DNA of 59,007 nucleotides, filler included, from Platydemus manokwari (Eukaryota): NCBI GenBank assembly GCA_037951405.1. It is 6 parts of 6 records of this genome, joined end to end, with 100 filler letters (N's around TTAATTAATTAA, not from the genome) between each part and the next. Parts side by side here need not be neighbours in the genome. Positions count along the whole stretch, not along the records: positions 20,345 to 29,280 come from JBBMOY011326428.1; positions 29,381 to 39,687 come from JBBMOY011146882.1; positions 39,788 to 49,346 come from JBBMOY011232319.1; 3 more parts are not named here. One strand, 5' to 3'. Shown piece by piece: positions 27,941 to 40,095 of this stretch (position 1 is its first letter; each line of letters starts with the position of its first letter). The notes under the pieces were generated by a model. It saw only the letters and a program-made list of their open reading frames with translations, ran no database searches and was not told where the DNA came from. The position numbers and the translations under genes were made by a program.

Positions 27941-28710
27941 TTAGAATATTCTTCTCATTACTTTTAAAAAATATATTCAAAATATTTATAATAACATTTG
28001 TAAGAATTTAAACTATTTATCTTCAATTAATTTACTTAAATATTAAATAAAAAAATATAATAATCACTAACATTGCCGATTGTTGATAGATCTGTTGCTG
28101 TAAACAATTCAATAACGATTGTCTGAAAAATAAAACAATTGTACGTTACAGACTTACTTATGTATTCGGATAATGTTTGTACTATGATCCAGTACTTTTT
28201 CCTGTTCACAATAGTATAAAGTTTATTTCAATATTATCTTATCAAATAATAATATCAAGCTAATTATTAAAAATTATTTTTTCGCATTTTACGTGTTTTG
28301 TCGGTGTTTATTTTCTTGATAAGCTCCAAATATTTCGACTAATTTCTTATCACAACAAAATGTGCAATTTTATCACTATTTCATTTATTCAAATAATTAT
28401 TAGCCATTATATAAACCAATTTTAATAAAGAATTTTAAATTTTCGAATATATTAATTAATATTATTTATATATATATATATATATAAATTGATATTATGA
28501 TTCATTTAATTAAATATTTCATTAAAATATTATAAATGAATATATCGTATATATAAAACAAAGTATAAAATCTAAGGAAATTATATTTTAGAATATATTT
28601 TAAACAAAACCAAATACCAATTTATCAGTAACATATTTGCAAATAATTAAAATGGCTACAATTAAATGACATTCAATATAACTCAGCACAAGCTCTGGTT
28701 TTCAAAAATA

Positions 28711-29143
28711 TCAATTTTTTTCTGAAGTGCAAAATTCTGATGAACATTTCTCTGCACAGGTATTCATTGCAATAACACAAGCAATCTTCATTGGAGCCGC
28801 TAAGATATTCCATGTCAAATATCCTGGAAAACAAAATTCTTTAATCTTTATTATCAAATCTAAATAATATAAATAATTTTCCTAATTGGTTGTAAAACGT
28901 AATAAATATAATATTTCTGAAGAAAACAAATATCGATTTATTCAAAGCTTTATACCACTGTATCATATAAATATCACAATGAATTTGTATAAATAATATA
29001 CCTGCTATGGAATCTGCCAATGGATTACAACCCATTGTTACTGTTCCACAACCTATGTAACATGTAATACATTTCACGTTACCACAATTAATCTGGTTTA
29101 GTAAACAGAAAACCAGAAATAGTGATAAACTTGTTTTTGTCAT
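28711..29143 (-). CDS. Small secreted cysteine-rich protein B, 84 aa; exons 29002-29143 and 28711-28823
   Basis: MTKTSLSLFLVFCLLNQINC-GNVKCITCYIGCGTVTMGCNPLADSIAG|YLTWNILAAPMKIACVIAMNTCAEKCSSEFCTSEKN; same phase-1 intron after GCA G as protein A. Confidence 0.8.
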
Positions 29144-29280
29144 TTAATATGAAATGATCGATTTGACAAACAAAGGCCATTTATAATTACTATATATTTA
29201 TAATTCTATAATTACTGAAATATTTCGTTAAGAAATTGACTTTTCACTGCCTGTGCTAAACTAGTTCAACATATATGTCC

Positions 29281-29380
29281 NNNNNNNNNNNNNNNNNNNN
29301 NNNNNNNNNNNNNNNNNNNNNNNNTTAATTAATTAANNNNNNNNNNNNNNNNNNNNNNNNNNNNNNNNNNNNNNNNNNNN
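29281..29380. other. Artificial contig linker
   Basis: N44-TTAATTAATTAA-N44. Confidence 0.97.
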
Positions 29381-29629
29381 TGTGTGTGAGACTACCATCC
29401 ATACATTTTGTTTAAAGTCATTGTTTCTACTTTTGTGTGTGAGACCACCATCTTAAAGTCATTGTTTCTACTGTTGTGTGTGAGACTACCATCCATACAT
29501 TTTGTTTAAAGTCATTGTTTCTACTTTTGTGTGTGAGACCACCATCTTAAAATCATTGTTTCTACTGTTGTGTGTGAGACTACCATCCATACATTTTGTG
29601 TGTGAGACTACAGGCCATACATTTTGTGT
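29381..29629. repeat. Minisatellite with alternating 53- and 41-bp monomers (94-bp higher-order unit)
   Basis: TGTGTGTGAGAC recurs at 29381, 29434, 29475, 29528, 29569 and 29597. Confidence 0.9.
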
Positions 29630-29699
29630 TAGTATTGCTAAAAAATCTTCAATAAGAATATGAAAATACTACACAAACAAGTTATCAACAAAACAATCC

Positions 29700-30060
29700 T
29701 CATTTTTCTGTCCTCAGCTGCAGCGAAGAGTAGAGGGGAGACACAATTTGCATTCTTAGGCTCCTTTCTTGACATCCTCTGCTGTTAAATTACCAAGAAA
29801 TTCCAGTATACCCTCTATCCATCTATGTATAGGTCTGCCTTTTGGTCTGGTATTCTCGTAATCTTTGTCGATGGGTTATTCTTAGTTCTTTCTGTCGTGT
29901 TATATTTCCAAACAAATTAATTTGTGGTTTCTTTACGAACTCGAATGTTGATTTTATTCTGAGTTCCTTTATCAGTATGTCATTTCTTATTCTGTCTCTT
30001 AGGCTATGACCTGTCATTTGTCTTACACATTTCATTTCTGTGGTGGTAATTTTTCTTATA
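29700..30060 (-). mobile_element. 3' fragment of an RTE-like non-LTR retrotransposon
   Basis: EMKCVRQMTGHSLRDRIRND...QINLFGNITR...RPKGRPIHRWIEGI matches the RTE C-terminal pattern. Confidence 0.7.
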
Positions 30061-30067
30061 ATTCAAG

Positions 30068-30142
30068 TGTCCATCATGCAGTTTACAAAAGATGTCCATC
30101 GTGCAGTTAACAAAAGATGTCCGTTGTCCTGTTTACAAAATA
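30068..30142. repeat. 25-bp tandem repeat, three copies
   Basis: TGTCCATCRTGCAGTTWACAAAAGA-like units at 30068, 30093 and 30118. Confidence 0.85.
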
Positions 30143-30289
30143 TCTAAATCTAAAAGAATGCCAATAAAATATATGTGAGCACACCGAGCCATCAAACTTC
30201 TCAATTACTTATGTTACAAACCCATCATCCTTTCCAGTAGACACAAATGGACAAATTGCTTACACACTACCAAAATATTAGAAAATGTC

Positions 30290-30570
30290 AAATTACCTGA
30301 CATGAATCTATAAGAAAATCTAGGGCTTTGCAAGGGGCATTGTTTCTGGGGGTCACTTCCTGTGATACCCAGTGTAAACAAACAAGTAAAACTTCAGCAT
30401 CAGGAACAAGAGGCTGGCTTGTGGCCTCCAACATCTGGCTGGAGGAAACTGTGTTCTGGGCAAGTGGGGTGAAAAGTCTGAAGTTAACTGTTTGACGAAC
30501 GGCTGGGATCACACACAGGCTAAGAAGAAGTTCAAACATCTGCGGAAAAAAGTGAGAGATTCTGGTTGTA
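30290..30570 (+). mobile_element. Possible C-terminal RLE relic of a HERO/R2-group element
   Basis: GC-richer island; fragments PDM, QEAG.W and EEVQTSAEKSERFWL resemble the ..AE..S.WLW end of such elements. Confidence 0.35.
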
Positions 30571-31379
30571 ACTATTTTGGTGCATTGCTCATTTTGTGGT
30601 AATGGCAAGACATTATTTGAAATGTTATATAATAAAGAAAGTGGAATATTCAAGAATGTTTTCTTAAAGGAAAATTATTTATTTATCGTTCGATATTTAT
30701 CTCTATCATTGTCGAAACTCTCAAAACTTTGAAAGTGATATTATCTTATTTAATCAACAAATGGAAAGTTCCGTTAGTTTATTAGATGCCTTATGCATAA
30801 GCATGGATGCAAACCTGATATAAATAACGAATCTATCGCGCTCAACATAAAATGAGACAACATGACACAATCCAGTGTATTCTTTTGTAATTTTTTTTCT
30901 TGCTTAATAATCATAAAATATTTTTATTTGTTTTCTTGAAGTTGACCTGCACAAACGAAATATCTTGGTCACTACAAAAATCAGAGAATATTTGAGAGTC
31001 CTCAGTCAACTGTAATAGATTAGATATTACATCATTGTCATCTCAAAAAGAATCTCAGATGCACTTTGAATGTGGTTTTTTACATTGTAGTTTGATAACC
31101 AAATGAATATCAGAATTAGGTGTTCTTTCCGTAAGGTCCAGTGTAGTCTAACGGAGAACAATTCAGGAATAAATTTGATAAATAATATTTCATCATGAAA
31201 ATGATCTAATAAAAGGACAGGATAAATAAAAGCATCAATTAAAGAGAATCTTAAGGTTTTTAGAATGAGAAAGGATTGAAATCAAATAATCTTATCAGGA
31301 TAAACATTTATTTAAATCACTCCTAAATTTAAAATGTAACATTTGAGGTGTAGTCTTTGAAAATATTTAAACCAAATAT

Positions 31380-31615
31380 TTAATAATTTATTGAGAGTCC
31401 TTTACTAATTGTGTGCGATTATTACAAAGGATATAGATAATATTTTCATAGATAGATGGAATGTATAGTAATAAAGGAGATGTGTACAGAAATACTGATG
31501 TTCAGACTTTTGTGAAAGGTTTCAAGTAAAATTAGTGGGATTACATATTAATCTGTAAAACCCTGATAAATCTAATTATGTTGATGAGAATTTGCCTTAG
31601 TATCAATGATATTTT
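31380..31615 (+). repeat. Block A; inverted copy at ~33730-33990
   Basis: CATATTAATCTGTAAAACCCTGATAAATC is the exact reverse complement of 33772-33800; diverged similarity extends on both sides. Confidence 0.85.
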
Positions 31616-32454
31616 ATGAATTCAAAGTGTCTGCATAAAAAAAAAGTTGTGAAAATCATAGAACTGAATTTTGAATTTACAATTATAAGTAAATTGGCAA
31701 TTATTGAGTGAATGGTGCAGTGACCGAAGATTTTTATTAGTGTTACTTGTGAAATGATTTGATATTCATGACATTCAGACATTTGCTGAATCTTCAATTC
31801 TCATGGAGTTTTAGAAGAATAAATATCCTTGTATTCTGATATAATGATTTCAATTTCGGTTTTTCTAAACAGTGTTTCTTTGTACTCATAATGAAGTCAG
31901 GGTAACCAACTGAATTCGCACATATATAATCATGATAAGTTGGAATTCGATTTCTTTCGATTGTCGTGATCTTGTTCATTTTCTGATTTAAATCTTCAAA
32001 CATAATTATTAAAATATTTTATTTAGGAATTATATAAATAAATATTGCTCTGTAAATTGTGCTTGAAGACATTGCTATTTGAGGAGATTGCAGTATTAAT
32101 ATTTATAACCCATTTGTTTAAATACTTAAAAAACATCATTCTGTTCAAGTTAGGTATTTAATAATTCAGTTGGCGATATCTTTCAATTTTGTCTTTCAAA
32201 AGAATAACTGCCATTGATTTGATGTATTACCTTAAAATTATGTCAAAATCTGCAAACAAAAAGTCCATAAAAACAGAATATAAAATTAAAAACTTGTTAA
32301 AATTTTAAAAATTCAAATTTTTCAACAATGTGCATTCCATGAATTATGATAAAAGAGATAGAATAGCTTTAAAACTTCTTCAAATATTTCTCAATTATAA
32401 ATAGTTACGTTTTATCGTTATTTTCAATCAATAATAAAACGATTAATTTAAGGT

Positions 32455-32813
32455 AAAAAATCAATATTGATATCCAGTTATGAAATGATTTTCAATGATT
32501 GCTGATTTCAAAACCCATCCTACACAAATATAATAGGTGCCATGTTTTATTGACTTATTTATAAAATATTTTATATTACTTATGAAATCTTAATATTCTC
32601 TACGTCATTATCGAAGATTTTTAGAATTGATAACAAAGAAACAGTTTCTCGGTTGCTGTTCTTGTTGCTGACTTATTGAATCTAATCTGCCATCATAAAA
32701 TAAATAATGCGTTGGATTGATATTTGAACTTGAACTAAATCCAAAAAATGAATCATCTCAAACTGAAAGCTAAAATCCAGATAATATCTGATGATTTATC
32801 ATATCAAAACATT
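32455..32813 (+). repeat. Block B; inverted copy at ~35659-35969
   Basis: AAAATCAATATTGATATCCAGTTATGAAAT, TTTCAAAACCCATCCTACACAAAT and AATCCAAAAAATGAATCATCTCAAAC all have reverse complements there. Confidence 0.9.
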
Positions 32814-34329
32814 ATATTTTGATGAATCAATATTATATCAATCAAGTTATAAAAATAATTGACATTTCGTTAAATATTCGATCTGCATTCACTCAGTGAT
32901 GGAAAGCAATTGAAAAACCGGCTCATATTGATTATCCATATTATAAAAATTCAGTGAAAGCTATTGGTAATATAACCGAAATTGTAGTAAAACATTATTA
33001 TTTTTTACAGTTAAAAATAGTTATTAACAATAAAAATGATCGATTTTCATTCATTTCAAAATGTCCATCAAATAAAATGATGAAACAAATTGATAATTGT
33101 AAATTGTGTTTATGTTTTGATGATCAATGCAAGAAATAATCAATTAATTCATGAATATATTCAATTGAGTGACAGGATAATAGTGCTCTTGATTGACATA
33201 AGATTTCATCAGGGGTGTCACTTTTCTAAACTAGCAATTTTCAATTTTTTGTTGGAATATCCATTTTTGGTGTATTGCCATAACTCATTAAATGATATTC
33301 ATTGCTCACCATTTGTAAGCACGACATAATATAAATACGCGAATATTGAAGTAGTTGTAAAATGGTGAGTAACATGAGATGATTCTCATACGAATTTTGA
33401 TCTGAAGTAATATATCAGTAAATTCTGGATTGTCTATAAGATATCTATTTTCAAATGTCCCTCTGAAATTAAAGGAATCTTCAGTTGATTGAGGATTGCC
33501 AAATATTCTCTATTTTCAAGTACTTGTATTAGAAACACAGTTCTTCATTAACATTGATAAGAAATTTTAGTGCTGTGCTGATCAATCGTGAGAAAAATAA
33601 ATACTATCATTTTTCTGAGAAATAAAATATTACAATAACATCTGTGGCTCACTCGTACCATGATTTTTCTTATTAACATGGTTTCTATCATAAATTCTTT
33701 CCTTTGGAATAATCATTTCTTCATATCTTTCATATTCTTTAATTATACTAATAAGAACTCTCATAGCAGTGAGATTTATCAGGGTTTTACAGATTAATAT
33801 GGAACTCCACTACTTTCATTTGAAACCTAACGCAAAACAGTGAATATCAACATTTGCATACACATCTCCTTTACCCAACGAAAAGTAACTATATTTGAAA
33901 ATATTATCCATATATTCTGTTAGTTTTTTCGAAATAGTCACCTTCAAATTACTCATGCACAATTAGCAAAAGAATCCAATTTATATAAATCATTAAACAT
34001 GCACGTCTGTTTTACAATTCGAAGAAGTGTTGTTATTTTTAAGTCCAATTTAAAATTACAATGTTAACACAATGATAAACATATTTTTGTTGACATAATT
34101 ATTTACTAATCAACTTCAGTGAAATATTTCATTTGATTAAACTTTATCGATTATAGATGTGACATTCCACTTTCAAAGCAAAATAATTAAATTTCTCATC
34201 TATTCAAATGGAATTATTGTTAACTGAAGATTATGTAATTTTTACTGTGGTCTAAATACAAGATAATCGATAATAGTCAATAACTATAGAAGAATTTTTA
34301 AAACCTTAAAAGAAGTAATACAAAGAATA

Positions 34330-34910
34330 GGAAAAACGGGGTTAAAGATAAATAAAATAAGGAAAAATATAATATATTAAAAAAGGAAATCATGTTTCTT
34401 GAACACTTTATAAATAAAGAAGATATCAAAACTGAGCTATATAAGATTAGTGCCATTTAAAAATTTGAAAGAATAAATAAAAAAATAAAGAAGCTTCTTA
34501 GCAATTTGTGGTTATTATAGGAGCTTTATACAAAAACAACTCGACAAAATCTAGAGCCTTAGAAGAATTATTTGTGAAGAATAACAATGAATTAATATGG
34601 AACGAAACATGTGATAAGAAATGAAAAGGCTTTGACACAATCCCCAATTTGAACATTCTCTGACTTTAAGAAAGAATTCATTCTTGACACTGATGCGAGC
34701 TTTGATACAGTAAGCGCAATTCTATCACTGAAAGATGAACAAGGAAATTACCCTGTAATCCAATATTGATTCCATTCAATGAAATAACATGAGAAAGAAT
34801 ATTCCATCGCTATAACAGAATTACTGGCGATTTATTATTTCTGCAAACATTTCAAAAATTACCTGTATGTCAAGAGATTTACACTTAGAACGAATCACAA
34901 ACCATAATGA
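34330..34910 (+). mobile_element. Ty3/gypsy pol relic (end of RT plus RNase H)
   Basis: KEIMFLEH, FLAICGYYRSFI, FILDTDAS, ELLAIYYFCKHFKNYLY, FTLRTNHKP; stops and frameshifts. Confidence 0.88.
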
Positions 34911-37399
34911 CAAAAAATGGAAAACAACACAGCAAATAAACAATGAAGAAATAGAAATAAAGATTAGCAAAAACCCGAAATGATCACTACATAGCATAAT
35001 AAAACAAATGAACACAAAATTTGGATACCATCAATTCAAAGAAAATGAATGATTGAAAGTTGTGGTGCTATACGGAAACTGAGAAAGTTATACGATATTT
35101 AATAGATATATAAGGAAAAATCAAAATAACTAATAATAATTTTAAATGGTAATAATGTATTTAAACAAAATATCTTTGAAATTTAATATTTTAAAATTAA
35201 AAATTTAAAAATATATATTTGGTTGTCAAAAATAAAGTAATTTAATAATTTAAACATTTTATCTGTACCTGAATAAGATTAACAATGAAATCTCTCTGGA
35301 AAGAGAATTCTAATTTGTTTAAAAACTGCAACATTTCTTTATCTGATCACGGTGAATTGGTTTATTTACTTGGAACCCATTAATATTAATTGATTGTTGA
35401 AATAACAATAATCCCAAATTTATTACACCTCATACTATAATTATCAAGATATTGGTATTGATAAATACAAACAAATAAAAAAATAACATTGATCTAGAAT
35501 TAAACTCATTGTAAAACGCATTGATATTCAATACAGCCAGGTTCTTTGCATGCTGTCCACCAATGAGAGAATGAAGTTTAAATATTTAATAAAATGTTAA
35601 TTTTATTTTATTTCAATTGATTGATATAATATTGATTAAGATAAAAATTATTGAGTAAAATGTTTTGATATGATAAACCATCAGGTATTATCTGGATTTT
35701 AGCTTTCTGTTTGAGATGATTCATTTTTTGGATTCATTTCCAAATATCACTCCAACGCATTAGTTAATTCATAACGGCATATTAGATTCCACAAGCAAAC
35801 GAGAAAATGTATCTTTGTTATCATTATAAGTTATCATTCATAAATAATATAAAATATTTTATAAATAAGTCGATAAAACACGGCACTTATTTGATTTGTG
35901 TAGGATGGGTTTTGAAATCAAGCAATCAATGTAAACTATTTCATAACTGGATATCAATATTGATTTTTTATTTTAAATTAAATGTTATGAGTAACGTTAG
36001 TTTTATTAGCCCAGTTATATATTCGTTCAGTCGAAAATCCGCCTTCAGGAATATATTTTTTAAATTTATCTTTAAATGAATTAGCTAGCTCCACATTACA
36101 AGGTGCGCTCTCTCCAGAAACGAATAATATCCGTATGCCGTGACGTTTTTTTAAATTTTGTTAGCCATCAATCACTCCCCACAAACGTCTGAGGAGCGTT
36201 ACACATTTTACATATTTTAAGAGCCTTTAATTTTAAATATTTTAAGAGCCTTTAATTTTATAATTTCGTTTAGAACCAAATCGTTTAGCTGTCGCCGCTC
36301 CAAGAATCACGAATACATCGTATTGTCGATTTCTCTATACTTTATTGTCTTCATTCGCTTTTTTTTATCTTGATCAACATAGTTTTTTTCGAAAAGTAAA
36401 AACCTAAGTCAACAATCTATATTCCAAAATGAAGTTGCTTATACATAGCGATTTAACATAAAAAGTTCCTTATATAGAGGTTGATTATAAAGAGCGTTCA
36501 CTGTATCACAAAATGAGATTCAATATGCCTCAGAAATATGTTTCTCGATAATTTCTTGAATTGATATTTATCATTAAAATGTTGTTATGTGTTTTTCCTA
36601 AAATCAATTTTTTTCAAAATCAATTCTAAAATGTAATAAAAGTTGTTATTTATCATTACTATGAAGCGTTCATAAATTAATTAAAAATAAAAAATATAAA
36701 TTAAATGAATAAATTTTTAAAATAATTTTAATTTGTAGTTTTGTTTTAAACAGTGACAATCTAGTACAGAATATAAATAATCAATGAAGTGCAGTGAATG
36801 ATAATTAGTGAAGAAATTTTAAATCGTCATGAATGTAAGCAGATATTTTTTGATGTTTAATATTTGTTTATCGAAATTATGGAAATATACTTTAAAAAAA
36901 AATTGTTTTGATTTACATGTTCATGTTTTATATGTTTTATAAATAAATAACCATAAATTAAAGGTGCCACATATAGAATTACATCAAGTTATTATAATCA
37001 ATATATGAGTTATAATTTATATATACGAGTACTTAATTTCGATTAAATCACAAGATAATTCATTGAAATTTGAAAATATTTAAGAATTAGTGTGTGTAAA
37101 TGCCTGAAATGGAATGAAAACACTTTCAATCTATATCGAAACTAATGAAACATGATAAGGTTTTCAAAAAAATGACTGGCAATTAAAGGTCGAATAAGTT
37201 ATAACCAAAATAAAAACTATAAGAACTATGGTGCCTATAAAATCAATCTCAGTAAAAGAAGTATTGACATTGAATGATTACAATTGTCATATTTTTTATT
37301 TAGAATTATAGATATCATATATTTTTAATCGAGGATTTTAATATTGCATACAAACGATCTATATTTTGTGCCAAATGTTCAACATCTGATACCACTGAT

Positions 37400-37860
37400 A
37401 TTACGCCTACAACCTATGCAACTCAGACTTTATTATCATTATGTCATCATTAATTGTACTCATTGTATGATACGGCTCTTATTGACTCAACCCCACTGAC
37501 AAGAGATGGACAGGAGATTGATTCTAATTTTTTAGTCTTTCATGGAAAGTGAGCTAACAAAATCACTTGCTTAATTTTCGGTTTGAATATCAACTTCATC
37601 TTTCTCGTCATCGTATAATATTTTTCTCGAACAAGTGTAACTAGGCTTTCTGGCTAAATGACATTCTCAGAACGAATGCTCTGCTTTTCCGGATAGTAAA
37701 CATTGATTCCGTAGCGAAAACTGAAATTTTCGATGTTCAAGCTCACCACAGTAAAAAAAACCTCTTGGTTTTAAATAATCACTGACTGATAGCTCTTTTG
37801 ATAGCGATGACATTGTCGTCATTTGGTCTCTGTTGCATTGTTGCCAAATTCTGAACCATG
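37400..37860 (-). mobile_element. Decayed gag-like relic with two zinc knuckles
   Basis: FFYCGELEHRKFQF and CLLSGKAEHSF*EC are degenerate CX2CX4HX4C motifs. Confidence 0.45.
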
Positions 37861-38216
37861 TCGTAAATTATTTTGGCATGTAAAATAGTTTTCAAAAACC
37901 ATTTCTTAATTTCTTCATTTAAGATTATTACTTTAATAAATTCTATATTTTCTTATGAAATCTATATAATACTTCTATTAATTTTAGAATTTAACAATTA
38001 GTGGAGTGTTTTCAATGTAGAACAACTGTCAATTATCAGAATAAAATATAGTTGTCATTGAGAAATAAAAATAAATAAACGAACCCAAGATTAAACAAAC
38101 TTTTGCAGAGTGTGGAATGACTTTAATTATGAAAAGAAAGATGGAAGCATTAAATGCGGTAAATCATTAAAATCGAAAAACGATTAGAACCTCAAGTTGT
38201 TTTAACCTAAAAGTTG

Positions 38217-38218
<2 letters not shown>

Positions 38219-38267
<49 letters not shown>

Positions 38268-38291
38268 TAATAATAATAATAATAATAATAA
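38219..38291. repeat. (AAT)n microsatellite
   Basis: Direct reading, ~24 units. Confidence 0.95.
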
Positions 38292-39687
38292 CAAATTCAT
38301 TTTATACCTCAGTATAAAATTTAACAACTGGATTTATAGTGTTGAATAACATCAGAGCGATGAAATCCTTTTAATTAATATGTCTCGAAATTTATGAAAA
38401 GCGTTCGTTGAATTTAATTGTTATAAATAATATTTTAATTGATACATTCCATTTTTATACAGCAGTACAGTTTAATGATTAAATTGATTTATAATTTTAA
38501 ATTTTATTTATTTATTTAACATTTATTTATTCAATTGTTAGATGGTTTTTGATTTCAACTTCATGTGTATGTTCAATCTTCGATTATCCAAAATATGTTT
38601 TATATGAAGATATTTCTAAATTAGTTGCACTGTCGAAATGATTTGTGTGATCCCATAATAAAACTGAAGATTATAATTTCATTTGATATTAGTTTAGAAA
38701 AAAGTTAATCTGATATATAAATATTATATCAAATCTCAGAAAATTGGAGTTTATTTTACTAACAATTTTTAATATTAAATCATCAAATAAAAGAAAATTA
38801 TTACAATCTGATTGACATTTGAATAAATTAGATTAAAAATCACTCGAATAAATGATTAATCTCGCTTATTATTCTTGTAATGTTTGCACTTCAGTTGGTA
38901 ATTTAAGGAAATATTATTTTTTTTTTTAGAACAACGATTAAATCCTGATTAATTCCAGTTCAGACATTACTTATAAGATTATATAATAACAAATGGGAAA
39001 GGAATTCTTTTCCTCACTTGGTTAATAATAATAAATTCCAAATTTGTCTCGTAATGAATTTGGAGCTAAACGACTAAGGCTCAATCAACGATCGCAATCA
39101 TAGGTATGGAATTTGAATTTGAATGAAAGAAATGACTTGTTTTCCATTGCTGTGTAAAACCAAAATATCGAAAGATTTAAAGATGAATTTAAAACTATTC
39201 TTAGGATATTTTTCTTTTAAGAAATTAGTGTAATGAAAATTGGAAATTTTCTTTAGCTTGGAGAAAGTTTTTGATTCCAACATAAAAATGATAAATTTCA
39301 CGATTAAAATGTTGTTATCTTTAAAATATTTATTTTATTTATTAGATTAATTAATAAGTTAAATTATTTTTAGGGAATACTAAGATGATTTGATAATTAG
39401 GATAGTTTATTTAGGAAAGTTCGTTTCCTGCGAAAATAGTAAGCTTATTTTTTAATTTTTAAATAAGAAATATAAAATTTAAAAAATCACTTAATAAAAA
39501 TCCAAAAATCAGTTTAAAGTCATGGTTAAAATAACTTTCAAATTTTACAGAATAAACAAAATTTAAACGTCAAATGTGAAGTCGAAAATCTTAACTGTTA
39601 CTATTTTGTAAAGTTGATAACAAATAAACGAACTTCAAACTATAAAAGTGTATTTAATCAAAAATATTTAAAAAGATTAAATTGATA

Positions 39688-39787
39688 NNNNNNNNNNNNN
39701 NNNNNNNNNNNNNNNNNNNNNNNNNNNNNNNTTAATTAATTAANNNNNNNNNNNNNNNNNNNNNNNNNNNNNNNNNNNNNNNNNNNN
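39688..39787. other. Artificial contig linker
   Basis: N44-TTAATTAATTAA-N44. Confidence 0.97.
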
Positions 39788-39859
39788 ATTTTTTAAGCGA
39801 GTTATAGTCTTTTAAAGTTGCTGTTAGATAACGGCCATTATTTTTGCACCAACCTAATA
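39788..39859. mobile_element. Mariner (Hsmar1/MADE1-like) TIR with TA site, at the contig start
   Basis: CGGCCATTATTTTTGCACCAACCTAA-TA; its reverse complement TTAGGTTGGTGCAAAAATAATGGCCG is close to the Hsmar1 TIR TTAGGTTGGTGCAAAAGTAATTGCGG. Confidence 0.8.
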
Positions 39860-40095
39860 TATTAGACAAATACACCGATCCGGTTATTCAAACATTCCCG
39901 AATTTCATAAAACACTTTTTTATACAGTCCAATCGTAAATTATTCATAGATCTCAAATTATTATCCGTCGTTTAGAAATTGAAAAACAAAATTATCATTC
40001 ATGCTTCAATAGCTCTCAAAGATTTGTCACCAACATTCCAGTAAATGAAGCCAAATTAATAAAAATATAAAAAAAACCCATCTATTTACACTCAC

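Noticed and set aside
29381-29629. CRISPR-like array
   Set aside because: The intervening sequences are themselves repeated, the context is eukaryotic, and there are no cas genes.
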